Shown: piece after piece, positions 1-12,695 of the stretch | Layout of the letters: every line of letters starts with the position of its first letter | How positions within the stretch are numbered: position 1 is the stretch's first letter | Assembly (NCBI RefSeq): GCF_018977255.1 | Contig: NW_024704743.1 | Coordinates: 94,614,001 to 94,678,000 of the forward strand | DNA from: Callorhinchus milii | Lineage: Eukaryota | DNA length: 64,000 bases | Reading direction: 5' to 3' | Made by a program: the position numbers and the translations under genes | Notes under the pieces: model-generated | The model's input: the letters and a program-made list of their open reading frames with translations, nothing else | Told to the model about the DNA's origin: nothing | Databases searched by the model: none

Positions 1-385
1 TCTCCTCTCAGTGAAGGTTGGAGGAGATGACCTGCGCGGGGTGGCGGGGGGGATGGAGGCGTCGGGATGTGGTAGAAAACAGTAGCCTGGGGTTGTTCTT
101 CGCCTCCAGGATTATCCTGGAGTAGAAGGACGACTTGGCCGAGGCTAGAGTGGAGCGGTAGATTTTGAGGAGGTCCAGCCAGATTTGTCGGTGGACCGTT
201 AGGCCAGATTTGACGCAGGTGCATTCAGCGGCCCGCACCTGGCTCTTCAGTGAGCGGAGGTGGGTGGTGAACCAGGGGGAGGAGCGAGAGTAGGAGACAG
301 TACAGGAGGTGATGGGGGCAAAAGTATCGAGTGTGGAGGAGAGGGTGTTGTGGAGGAGGGTGAGAGGAGAAGAGGGGTCAGTGAC
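1..385 (-). mobile_element. L2-clade LINE ORF2 fragment (region between endonuclease and RT), cut by the window edge
   Basis: ORF 8..238 (LASAKSSFYSRII..NNPRLLFSTT) is homologous to the same region of the L2 at 42461-43039. Confidence 0.85.
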
Positions 386-2626
386 ACATTGCTGAGTCAG
401 AATTCCAACAATGTAATGTAAAAATACTGATGAATTAATTATGGCATGATGCTAAATGCTTCTGGTACTCAAGTGGTTCATAATAATCCTTGCATTTGCT
501 ATTATTATTATTATTAAGTGTTTAAAGCAGTTTAATCGTTCATTAGTAACGTTCTTCTTTAAAGAAAGACGGCGTTTGGGCTAAGTGATGTGGGGTTGTT
601 GCAGCTGTTGCTGTTAGACTGGTGGAGGAATGAATGAAGGAAGGGCTTCCCCTGCCTGCTGCCTTGATGTCTCACTGCAGCACCATGGTAGGGGAGCATT
701 AGTGAGCAGTGATGTCAGCGGCGCTCCCCACCCCTCCCCCTGTGCCTGTCCCCCTGACACAGATGCAGTGAGTGAGTGAACACAGAGCATCTTTTATCTG
801 CAACAAACCTAGCCTTTCCTACCAGTCTCTTAGGATGAATGCATTGCATTATTTGGAAACCGAGTCCCGTTGCACGGAGTAAGATGCACGTTTTTTGAAC
901 TTATAACTGAATTCGCTGGTTGCTAATATTTGATCATCATATGTCTATTTTATTATCATTATATTATTATTAAAGGTAGGAATTACAAGAGCAGGGGTTT
1001 GTTTTTTAGTGAGGAAGGAGACAAACCAGACCTGCTGCTGGGTTTGTGTTGATAAATGGCAGTGAGATAACAATGACATGGCAGAGTCACATCATTAGCT
1101 CACAAAGTGATGTATCTGCACAGCGAGGGGCTTCGTATCATGTTGCCCTCCAGGCAGTTTCTCTTGTGTTGTCTGGGAACTAAAGAGGTATTTTAGCAGT
1201 TTTCAAACAGTGTTGGGGGGTGGGTAGGAAGGAAGTGCATCATGTGATTTTGAGCACTAAAGATTCCCATCAGCATCCAGAAGCAGAAGCTGTTGTAATA
1301 TAACACCAGGTCACTGTATTACCATCTCAGTGTCTCAAGGTCCCCTGCCACCCCCACTTCCAATCCCACTGAATATTTTCTTCTTTTAAAAAGCGTTGCA
1401 TTTTATTGCAGTTCACGATTAGAATCGAATCAGCTTTTAATGCAATATCGTAAATTGTAGGAAAGCAAGTTGAAAGAGGAAGATGGGGTTTGTTAGTTGG
1501 TTGTTAGTTGGGGGGAGAAACAAAAAGCAGTGCCTGTTTGCTGTGTAACCACGGGATAAGACAGGTGAAACTTACAGGAGTTCCTCCCATAGCTGATTGT
1601 GCAAGAGTTAAACTAGTCAAGTTGTCGCTGCAGTGTTCAAATTGTGTAGCTTTTTTGCTTCTTTTAAACCTTACTTAATATTGTGCAATTAAATGCATGT
1701 TTCGATTTGTGTATGATTAAAGTGTAGTTGTATATTCAATGTGTGTAATTGATAAACTTTAATACTGTTATTATCTTATCTTTGAAAGCTTCCAGTAAAC
1801 TGTAGAGGGTTGGTTTCTGAAGTTTCTTAAGATTCTATATAGTAAATACACCTTTCCCACCGAAAATACAAACTTTTGTATTTGTTTTAAGTCATTTTTT
1901 TCCCATTACTACCTATTGAACTACATTTTCAAAACTCTTCCCAATTGTTTTGTTTGGGAGAGAATAATTCAGCACCCCACCCCCCACTCCCACACACACA
2001 CTCCTCCTCTGGTATCAGTAGAGTTCGGGGGAAAAATAAAGCCCACATTACATCTGAAGAAAGACTAGTACTAATGAGCACTGTAAATTATCATTAGTCA
2101 TTTGCAGGTTTGTGTATAACATAATGACATTGTACAAACACTGATTTCCACATGAAAGAAATACAGCAGTTAACTTTATCGGCCCAAATGTATTCAATAT
2201 TTATTTGATGGGACTCTTTTTAACTGACTCTGTCCCACCTGAAAATTCAAATGTTTCATTGGTTTGGGGAAAACAGTGATAGGTGCTGGCAGGAGGTGGT
2301 GTCATTTCCTGACTGCTGGCATTAGAAATGTTGCAAAAAGTATAGACCTAATGGATCTCCTGGGTTGTGGGTAAAGACTTAGAACCATAGACATTTAGAG
2401 CACAAAACACTGCTACTCGGCCCATCACATCTGTGCAGGCTCTTTTAAAGAGCAATCCTTCCAGTCCCATTTTATCTGCCTTTTCCTTACACCCCTTTAC
2501 TGTTCTCTAATTTACTGGAGAAAGCAAACTTTAGGTACTTAGCCTGGACAGCAGGTGGCACATTATAATTGCTAATTATAATAAGTGCATACGTACAAGC
2601 TCATAGGTGAGTGGGATCTGGTAACA

Positions 2627-3361
2627 GCAACACAACAACAAAATTACATTTGTAAAGCGCTTTTCACATCGTGAGGACGTCCCAAGGTGCTGGACAGACA
2701 GAGTTACGAACCCGAGTTGGGGGTTGGGGAGGGGGAAAGGCTGGGGGGGAAGCAGAGAGATTGCAAGCACGGTCGAAAGGAGGGTCGAAGAGGAGGGTCT
2801 TGATGGTGGCAAGGAACGGGGCGAAGCGGAGGGACTGCGGGATGGAGTTCCAGAGGGTGGGGGCAGAGTGGCGGAAAGCGAGTGAGGCGGGGAGTGTGAA
2901 GCAGGCCGGAGCCCGTTGAGAGGAGGGAGAGAGCAGGATGGAAGGGGATTAGGAGGTCGCAGAGGTAGGGGGGAGCAAGACAATGGAGGGCTTTGAAGAT
3001 GAGGACCAGGATCTTGTATCCTCTGTGTGATGGGAAGCCGGTGGAGTTGGGCAAGGATGGAGGTGATAGGGTCGCAGTAGCCTAGTGCGGGAGATGACAT
3101 GGACTGCAGAGTTCTTGATGATCTACAGCCTGTGGAGGGAGGAATTGAGGCGGCCGACAAGCAAAGAGTTTGCATAGTTGAGCCTTGATGAGATGAAAGC
3201 ATGTATGAGGGTTTCGGCAGCCTGCCGTGTGAGACAGTGGTGGAGCCAGGCAATGTTGCGGAGGTGGGGGAAGGCAGAGTGGGTCATAGCGCAGATGTGG
3301 AGGCCAAACAAGACCCCAAGGTTCTGGTCTGGCTTAGCAAGGTGGAGTGTGCAACCATGGA
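2627..3361 (-). mobile_element. 5'-truncated L2 LINE with (TTG)n tail and 8-bp TSD
   Basis: Encodes AAETLIHAFISSRLNYANSLL. 3' stem-loop tail present. TGGTAACA at 2619-2626 and 3362-3369. Confidence 0.9.
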
Positions 3362-4579
3362 TGGTAACACCTTCGTACCTCATATTACACAGGCTGGTTG
3401 CAGAAAGCTTTACCTTGATGTGAATTCATCATCTGTTGACTGGTCCTGGCATTTGTCTGTCACATGCACTTGTTAGTGGTGTGGATACCTTGTGCATGGT
3501 ACTGGTTTTGTTTGTTTGATGTTCCATGTATATTGCACATCTGCTTACGTTAGCAGATTGCACTTTAAATGTAGCAGCGATGTTCCTTCAAAAGGAAGTT
3601 ACCACTACCTTCACAAGGAGGGTCCTTATCCTACTTCCAGAGGAAACAGCTCCGGGCCAGTAAAGTGAATGAGTCACTCTGCTAGGTGCACCTGCTTCCA
3701 CCGTCTTCTGGTTGGTGGTGGTTTGAACCACCAACCCACTCCTACAGGCCAGCAAAGAGGTTTGCCAGACCTTCCCAGATTTGAGAGCAGTTTTATGTGG
3801 ACAATCCGCTTTGTTAGAGGAATGAACAACAGCTTGCCTTTTATAGTGGCCTTTACGTGAGGTAGCGTCCTGGAGTGCTTGAGGTATGAATAACAACTAT
3901 GGCTCTATATTCTCGAGAGAAGATTTTGAGGGGTCCTTACAGAGATGTAGTTCAGAGGCGTCCTCTTGGCCTACGATTGATTGCCTAGGGTGTGCGCTCC
4001 ACTGATCGCGAGTCTAGAATTGGAGGAGCACAGTCGGTCTGAATAATTTAAAGAGCTAAAACATAAGAGCCTCGGTCTTGCCTCTAACACTTACAATTTA
4101 TCCACAAAATTACAACATCTTTCAGGAGACTGATGAAAACTATTTGACAGCGGGGTTTAATTCATGGAAATACAGCTGTGACGTGGGCAAGCTACTCAGC
4201 CCAACAGTTTAAATATTGATGCATCCTAATGTGAACACAAGAAAGATAGTCAGGGCTACTAATCGTTCCCTTATGAAAGCTGAGGGCGATTATATATGCA
4301 TATCAGAATGAAAGCTGTTAGAGCTGGAAATAGATCACTTGTTTACTATGTTATAAAGTGCAAAGCACGTTCCATTGTCCCAGCAAGGAATCTGACCTCT
4401 TCCCCACCGACCCCATCAGCCCTCCTCTGTCGCACCCCAGTAAGAGGTTTTGTGCTGCACTAGCTTACATTTCCTGTGTTATCCATCCTTATAGCCTTTT
4501 TGCAATCAGTCACCTTAGCTGTCCAGGTGTTCTCACAGGTGGTGTGTTGTGGAAGCAACAGAAAATATTACTTTAATAA

Positions 4580-4900
4580 TAATAATTCTAATAATAATTA
4601 ATAATTTGATGTAACACTTTATCACATCTCAAGATGTCTCAAAGCGCTTCACAGAATATACTGTAAAGTAAATTGACTGTATATATTTTGTGGGTGAAAT
4701 GTGGCAGCCAATTGCACACAGCAGTGTCCCACAAACAGTCATGAAATGAAGTGACCAATTTATTATTATTTAATATGAGATTACTCTTCATGTTACTGAT
4801 AATAATAATCCTTGCATTTGATATAGCGCCTTTTCACGTCTTCGAGACATCTCAAAGTTCTTCACAGAATACACTGTAAAGTGAATTGACTGTATATTTT
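4580..4900 (-). mobile_element. Two tandem 3' fragments of the tRNA-SINE family
   Basis: (TAA)n-led SINE tail sequence, including cttcacagaatatactgtaaag, occurs twice. Confidence 0.8.
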
Positions 4901-6726
4901 GGGGCTGCTTTTGTTAGGGGTGGAAACGAGAGCCCAGTAAGCTATAGAAATGAAAATTGTTGTTGCCATCACTGCTCTTATTGTACATGCGCGGATTGCC
5001 CAAGAAGGCATTCTGTATCAACACAGTGACATCGTTGTGCCACTGAATGATAACTTCTAGAATGTGCACACCTAAACCAACGTACAAAGGTGGGATTCAA
5101 TTACCTGGACTCATACTCTGGATTTTGCCCAGTTTGCAGTGAAACATGAATAGTTATGCTGCATGTCAGAGAGTGAATATTGGCAGGTTTTAAACTCTCT
5201 AATACCCCAAATGTGTGAGTGGATTGCCAAGTTAGTGCTTATTCCTGATTAATTTATTTTTGCTGTGGATAGATGCCTACCAAAAGCCAAATTGATGCTG
5301 CCCAAAGCTCTTTCACTCAGCATTCCTACAGTCATGTGAGAGAGGTTATCTCGGCTGGATTCAAACCCAAGCCCCATAGTTAAAAGGACACTGTTCCTAG
5401 TTAGTTTTGGAACTGATTACTAATTATGTTCTTATAATGAAGAAATTCCAGTGCTTTGATTTTCGTGTATTGTAAGTGAATGGAGGAACTCTACCACCCC
5501 AGCTACTCCCTCCCCTTATCAGCTTGTTTCATAATCCCTGCACTATCTGCCCCACCATTGCTTAGTGAGCTTTCATCTATTCCGCTCCCAATTTCTGGAA
5601 CTGCATCCCAGAGTTCCCGTGCCTTCCTTTCCCCTTCCCACTGAGCCTTCAAACCCATCTGTGATACCTAACTCTTCGACCCCGTGTTCGTTTACCTTTG
5701 TAAAGTGCTACATAAATTGTTAGAACGTTTTGCCATTCCCTTTCTCTCTCTGCCTTTTCTTTCTCTCTCTGCTGTCTCTCCCTCTGAGTTTATCATTCTC
5801 TCTAATTATCTGCCCCTTTTTTATGAGTTCTGTTTTTCTCTCTAATTCTCCACTGCTTTTTTTAATGCACAAGAATCTTACCTTCCCTCCCCAGCAAATA
5901 TCGAGTTGTGCGCAAGAGGGCAATGTTATTATAGATAGAGACTTAATAACTGTGAAACAACAGGGTTCACAATTCAGTGATCGTGCATTCCCAGAAACTG
6001 GTATGCACCAACTCAATTAACAGAAAAAAGTTAATTTTATTTAAAAGACATTTGGGTGAAAAATAATATTTTACCAATTTTATTTTCAAAATTTTGGAAA
6101 TTTATTGAAGAAGGTTGATTAAAGATATCCTAAATTGTCCTTATTCATTGCCCACCAAGTTCTGGATTTGAGCCAAAAAAAACTCTTGGTTTTAGCTTTG
6201 AGATTATTCTTTAAAATTTAAGATTGTACAGAATTTGGAAAATTCAGCTCAATATTAATTTGAAAGCTAATCCTAATTTTATGCAGTTTCTAAAAAAGAA
6301 TGCATTTGAAAGCTGCAAAGGGGATTCTGGACTCTAAGGATAAATAGAGATGCCAAACACTATTAGGTAAATCATAGAAATGTGTAATTACCAAAGACAT
6401 CCAAATGTTAGGCTATTCAAAACTGAATATTAGATAAAAACATGTGAATATTTTAAAGATAATTTGATTGAGGACGAGTGTACGATGGGAAAAAAAAGTA
6501 AAGATCGTGCTTATAAAACTTACTGAACTTGTGAAAACAAAAATAAATAAAAAGAAAATAAATGCATTTTTCCAAAGTTGGATTTTTTTTTAATAATAAA
6601 TATTCCTTATATTTGATAATAGTGACTTTCACATCAAAAGCACAACTCAAAGCACTTCACTGCATGTATTGTAAATTGGAGTGACTGCAGTTTGTGGGTG
6701 AATGCGGTAAGCAATTTGCTTCTTCT

Positions 6727-6893
6727 AGAAGTCGCTGGGAACACTCAGCAGGTCAGGCAGCATCTACAGAGAGAGGAGAGTGAGTTAACGTTAACTCACT
6801 TTCCTCTCTCCATAGATACTGCCTGACCTGCTGAGGTTCCCAGTGACTTCTGTTTTTATTTCAGATTTCGAGGCATCTGCAGTATTTTGCTTT
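6727..6893. repeat. ~125 bp palindrome plus flank, probably a Penelope-like element terminus
   Basis: Arms 6727-6789 and 6790-6851 are reverse complements with few mismatches. The Penelope assignment is from recall of shark repeats. Confidence 0.7.
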
Positions 6894-6894
6894 T

Positions 6895-8332
6895 TGCACC
6901 TTACCGTTGGCACTGTTCCCACCCCTTTTAAAACGGCCATCATCACTGATATCCTTAAAATACCCTCCTGGACCCATCTCTGCTGTCAAACTACTGCCCC
7001 ATCTCCAACCTCCTTTTCCTTTCCAAGGTCCTTGAACGAGTCTTGCTTCCCAGCTGCGCTCCTTCCTCTCCCACTACTCCCTTCACAAACTCCTCCAATC
7101 GGGTTTCCATGCTGCCCACAGCACAGAAACAGCCCTGGTCAAAGTGACAAATGATAGTCTGTCCATCTGCAACCAGAGCTGCCTCTGCCTCCTCATCCTT
7201 CTTGACCTATCTATTGCCTTCGATACCGTTGACCACTCTATCCTCCTCCACCGCCTCTCCTCTTACCTCAACCTTCATGATTCTGTCCTTGAATGGTTCA
7301 GATCCTACCTCTAACACAGTCGCCACTTCATCTCCACAAATGGTTTCTCCTGAAGCCCCCACATTGTCTCGTGCGACGTTCCTCAAGGCTCTGTCCTTGG
7401 TCCCCTCTTCTTCAACATCTATATGCTCCCTCTTGGTGACATCATCTGCAGACATGGGGTCAACTTCCACATATATACGGATGACACCCAACCCTTCCTC
7501 TCTGCCTCCACCTTGACTCCAGGACAACTGTTGTCCTGATAGAATGTCTGTCAGACATCAAGTCCTGGATGAGAGCTAACTTTCTTCAGTTGAACGTCAA
7601 CAAGACCGAGGCTCTCCTGATTGGCTCCCATTAGCGTCTCAGGCGCTGACAGTATCACCATTCAAGGTGCACACTCAACCGGAAGCTTAGTGTCTTGTTT
7701 GACCCTCAACTATCCCTTCTACCCCACATTCGTGTCATGACCTACTCTGCCTTCCCCAACTCCGCAACATTGCCTGGCTCCACAACTGTCTCACACCGCA
7801 GGCCACTGAAACCCTCATACACACATTCTTAACATCCAGGCTCGACTATGGAAACTTCCTACTTGTCGGCCTCCCCAACTCCTCCCGCCATAGGCTGCAG
7901 ATCATCCAGAACTCTACAGCTCCAGTTCTCTCCCGTACCAGGCTCTGTGACCCTCGCACCCTTATTCTCGCCCAACTCCACTGGCTCCCCACAGAGGATA
8001 CGGTTCAGGATCCTGGTCCTCACTTTCAAAGCCCTCCAGGTCTTGCTCCTTCCTACCTCGGTGTTCGTATGAAACTGTCCACTCCCTCCGCTCAGTGTGC
8101 TGCGGCTGACCTGCTCCAACATTGGCGGTCGGCCTTCAGCCTCTCTGCCCTCACCCTTTGGATCTCCATCCCTCATTCCCAAGACCCTCCTCTTCAACTG
8201 ACCCTTCGGCCATCCTCCTATCCCTGCCCTCCACACCTCCTGATCCAATCCCCCTGCTCGGGTCCAAATCCCTGATTATTCAGCGTCCTCCAGCCCTAAA
8301 AGTCACTATACAAATGTAATGTGCTGTTGTTG
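6895..8332 (+). mobile_element. Decayed L2 LINE, RT domain to 3' tail
   Basis: Frameshifted RT motifs ([27 protein letters not shown]) and a TTG-repeat tail. Confidence 0.9.
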
Positions 8333-8530
8333 TTGGTACACTTCTGACGTTGTGATGTAGTTTAAGTGAACCGAAACCTTAATTTAAAACATTGATTTAA
8401 AATAATGTTTAAATAGTGTATAATGAAAGGTGACCCCAATGTGCTTTTTCTAAATGAAAGTTTTGTTAACCAGAACAGATTTCTTTTGAATGTGCATATG
8501 CTTGTGGTTTTACTGTATAGTTAAATGATA

Positions 8531-8780
8531 GTGTGTTAGCCTGGCTCAGTTGGTAGTATTTTTGCCTCTGCGTCAGAAGTCTGTGGGTTTAAGCCCTAAA
8601 TCAGGGCTTGGAACTCTCACATAGTCAAGGCTGATGCTCCAATGCAGTGCTCGGGGTCTGCTATCACATTCACCCACAAATATACAGGCACTATGCTACT
8701 CAGTAAAATCTTGTGAAATGCTTTGAGACATCTCGAAGATGTGAAAGGGCGGTCTATCAAATACAAGGATTAATTATTTA
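8531..8780 (+). mobile_element. Deu-type tRNA SINE (SacSINE1/AmnSINE-like), internally deleted
   Basis: Head gttagcctggctcagttggtag..tcagaag..gtgggtttaagccc is homologous to the copies at 44118-44335 and 55948-56378; SINE tail follows. Confidence 0.7.
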
Positions 8781-9149
8781 TAAGTTTATAGTGTGATGAA
8801 AATCTCTGTTTTGTAAAAGAGTAACAATGGCTATTCTGAGAGAAGTGCAGGGTTGTACTGACTGGCTTTGCAGTGTGGATATAGTAGATCCTCTTATAGT
8901 GTACAATCCTCTTTATGAATGCTATTATCTGAGGGTGTTTAATAGCCAAGTATTGTTATAGAGAAGGGGTACTTTAATTAAGGTATGGAACTGAGAGAAC
9001 CACTCAGTAACATTGTTCACTGAATGTCTCTTTGGTGATTTTCATTTTGGGATGAATTATTCTTTTTAATACAGCAGTCATTTACAGAATGAAAAATGAG
9101 CTGTGCCTGAGGATGGGAGGATTTTGTTTTTCAAACATGGATTGAGATA

Positions 9150-9380
9150 TAAGCCTGAACATCAAAGACCAGTTAACCTACGATTTACAATTTGGGAAAT
9201 GCTTTAGAGCAATATTCGCAATGCTCTTTTGAAGAGCATAGACACTATAAGAAGTCAACATGGGTTTACAAGCAGTCGATCATGCCTTACAAATCTGCTG
9301 GAATTTTATGAGAGAGTATTTAATCAAGTAGTTGAGTGCCAACAGTCCATATAATTTCCTTGGATTTTCAGAGTCTTAGA
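9150..9380 (+). mobile_element. Old CR1 LINE RT fragment
   Basis: Encodes SQHGFTSSRSCLTNLLEFYE, homologous to the CR1 ORF at 46487-47002. Confidence 0.75.
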
Positions 9381-11704
9381 GAATTATGTTTCTTGTAATG
9401 TATAACATTTGCTTATGTAGGTGTTCACCTACAAAATATACAGTCACTATTCTTTACAGCAAATCTTGAGAAGCGAATCCAGAGGGTCCTTATGACATGA
9501 AAGGCACTTTATCAAATGCAATGATTATTATTATGATACAAAGCTACGCAAATGTTCAGGTGGATACTATCTCTGTATAATTTTAATGGAGGCCACTCCC
9601 ACTTTTCAGATTTCTCCCTCTTATATTGATAAAAACTTATAAATTACACAACCATTTCCTATTTCATAAGGTCTTGGAGTTATTAGAAAAAAATTCTACA
9701 CTGTCAATTTCGAAAGAAACTCAAAAAAACCCTCCTGTCAATCAAAATTCATCCTGGCCATTACCATAGTTCAGCTGAGTCCTAAAGGCAGCCATTTTCA
9801 AATTCCCACTGTAATTATTACAGGTGAGGCCACACACCCAATTTAAACCTTTAACTTCAGAAACAGATGGAAATTCAACTTGATAAATAGATGGTAATCT
9901 AACTTTGTAAACAACCCTTTGTTTTGGAAATAATCAACTCAGCAGGTTAGACCATTAACAATATTAAACTTAATAAAGACATGAACATCAAACAAAAACC
10001 GATGGAAATCAAATTAATAATAGGGAATTGAGCAGTCAGTCAGGCTGCCTTTCCTGCACACTACTGTCCATAAAACTCCATTTCCCCTGGCCACTCGCTT
10101 ACCTGAAGCTCAGTTTATTTACAGCATTTCCCATGTGTCCTGCGTGCTGTCCTGGATGTTGATTATTCAAGGCGCTCCTGGGAGGAGAAGCAGTGATGAG
10201 AAGCAGTCTCTTGGTCTCCTGACCAACAATCAAAAGATTTGTTTGGATCCAAACTTATCGGTCCACAACACCTGCCCCACTGTCCTCCATCACAACATCA
10301 AGCTGCTTTTTAAATGAGTCCAGTGTCCTAATCTTTACCACCTTTCCTGGCAATCTGTTGCAGCCATTGATAACCCTCTGAGTGAAGAAAAACTTCCTGG
10401 TATCTGTCCTGAAATTGCCTTTACACCTCTAAACCTGTGTCCTCTTGTTTACTGTCTTATCGCATCGTAAAATATTGATCTGGGTTTTAGTTTTTCAACC
10501 CCTTTTAAAATTGTATACACCTCTTTGAGATCTCCTCTGAATTATCTTCTCTCAAAACTGGTAATATCCCAAGTAAAAATAGTTATTCACTTCATGACTG
10601 GGTTTGGAGACATTGCTGTGCATAAATTGGCTGTTGCATTTGCCTACAAAATGCCCTACCATTAATTATGTTTGGAGTATATTCTGGGTAGTACCTTGAG
10701 ACATTCTCCCGACGTGAAAGGCCCAATATCAAATGTAAGTAGTATTATCAGAAGTGCACAAAAGGAAGTGTGTGTGCAAACAACATGAGAAAAGTGAGTG
10801 AGGGTCAGGTCTGAGTGTAAGTATGAATATAAGAGAAATAATGGAGAGATAAAATAGAGAGTTAGAGAATGAGGGAAGAAATAGAGAATTGAGAGGGAGG
10901 GAAGAAGGCAGGGAATCAGTGTTTGTGTGTAGGAGTGAGAGATGTACACAGGGGTGACTCCCGACTTTTTTAAAGGGAGCATCCCAAAAAATATGTGCAC
11001 AACCTAAAGGAATGTACCGTAAACAGTGGAATGTTTTCCGTATCGGGATGAAGGGAAATATTGTAACAGAAGATGTTGTGTTTGTTTTGGATTTCTGTTG
11101 TACAAAATATTATATTTATAAATATATCTTTTTTTTAAAAAGTGTAAGAGTGAGAGAAGGAGAAAGAGGCAAGAATGTGAATGAATATGAGACAAGTGAC
11201 ATGAGTGTGATCAGATACACTGAGAGAAAAATACTTGCTCTGTTAGAGGGGAAGGGAGTGATACCAGTGTGAGTAAGAGTGATGCCACTCTCCCACCCTC
11301 TCTGCTCTGCACTGCTCTTTAAAGTGCTTCATCATGTTATTCTACAAATGCTGTACAATAACGATGATGATTGATGATGGAATGATGCAGGATTGTGCAT
11401 TACATTTCAAAATTCTATTGAGTTATTTTTAAAGGTTGGTGCTTCATGGTGACCAACCTGTTTGATAAACAGTTTGACCGGACGTATTTAATTGACAAAA
11501 TTAAGAGATTCAAAATGCAGACTTCCATCTCTGTGGGGAAGCCAGATATTACAGAAATGAGTAGATAATTAAAGGAGGCAAACACTGAATTGATAAAACT
11601 GTGATAATGTGTGAAGGTAACCTTTACCTTTGGAGATAGTTTTTAGACTGAAGGAAAATCTCTTGAAGTTTCATATTTTCAATTGTTTACTTTTGCCTTA
11701 TCAG

Positions 11705-11843
11705 GATGAACATTCACTGAGCAGTGAGGAGTTTGAGCTCAGTGACTCCACATGGATGTCAGTTGATCGCATGAACTCTGACCAAAGCTCTACCCTGGAG
11801 GAGAGAATGCACAGTCCCCAGAACCTTGATGGTCATCAAGATG
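11705..11843 (+). CDS. NOL4L: Internal coding exon of a NOL4/NOL4L-family gene (DEHSLSSEEFELSDSTWMSVDRMNSDQSSTLEERMHSPQNLDGHQD)
   Basis: Acceptor ttttgccttatcAG at 11703-11704 and donor G|GTAAGT at 11844. 139 nt, phase 0 in and phase 1 out. The peptide matches recalled NOL4 (SDSTRMS..NSDLSSNLEERMQSPQNL) and NOL4L (SDSTWMS..ERMRSPQNL). The paralog choice is less certain than the family. Confidence 0.88.
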
Positions 11844-12695
11844 GTAAGTGCCATTGCATGTTATAAATGCTGAGTAAATGGGAGCAACATTGTTTGTGTT
11901 CAATTAAATGCTGCATATTGGGGGAAGTAATACTTAAACTGTATGAGACCAATGAGATTCAACAACGATAATTTCATTAGATGAAATGAAGGGTTCCATT
12001 TTTTTATTACTGCTCTACCTTCATGCTCTACTCCCCTTGCGTGGTGGCTCCTGAACAATTTTGAATCTTGATAATTAAATTCCGTTTGTTGGCAAATTTC
12101 AGATGAGAAAACAATTTCTTCTGTTTCTACCTCAGGTGAGTTAATGAATTATTCTGAGACAGAATTAGAACAAGAGAAGGTGCTTGGTTATAATAAAACT
12201 ATTAATAGGTGACTCTCTTTTAAGGAAATGCTGCTTCCTGTTCTGATGCAATTGAAGCTCTTACAGCGTAGGATACGATACAATACAGTTTACATTCTCA
12301 TAGTCCGTTCACTTTGGGAGGATGTCTCAAAGAACTTCACATTGCTAGATGGGCACCTGAGCTGGGGATGAGAGCTGGGGTATATAGGGAGGGGAAAGAT
12401 GACTGAAAGAGCAGTCAAAGCAGTACGTTTTGGGTCTTGCTTTCAAAGAGGGAAATGGGGGGAGCAAGTGGAGGTACCCTGGGATGCAATTCTAGAGAGC
12501 GGGGGCAGAAAGGCTGAAAGCCTGCCTGCTTATGATGGGACTGGTAGGGCGAAGGACACAAACCACATTGAGCAAAGCCAGGGTTGGTAGGGTTGAAGGA
12601 GGTCGAAGGATAGACATTTGCCCCATTGAGTCTAAACTGTCTAATCCCAATCTTCTGCTCTTTATTTATTCTCCTTTATAATTCTTTCTCTTCTT

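Noticed and set aside
2576..3476. Long Pro/Ser-rich ORFs (up to 225 aa); similar ones at 7151-8319, 35233-35846 and 41907-43039
   Set aside because: Decayed, alternative-frame or antisense readings of C-rich L2 sequence.
5720..6020. Overlapping 96-98 aa ORFs, hydrophobic or basic
   Set aside because: Result of a CT-rich low-complexity tract; no homology recognised.
8793..8839. C box GTGATGA and D box CTGA as a possible C/D snoRNA
   Set aside because: Under 50 nt and no terminal stem.
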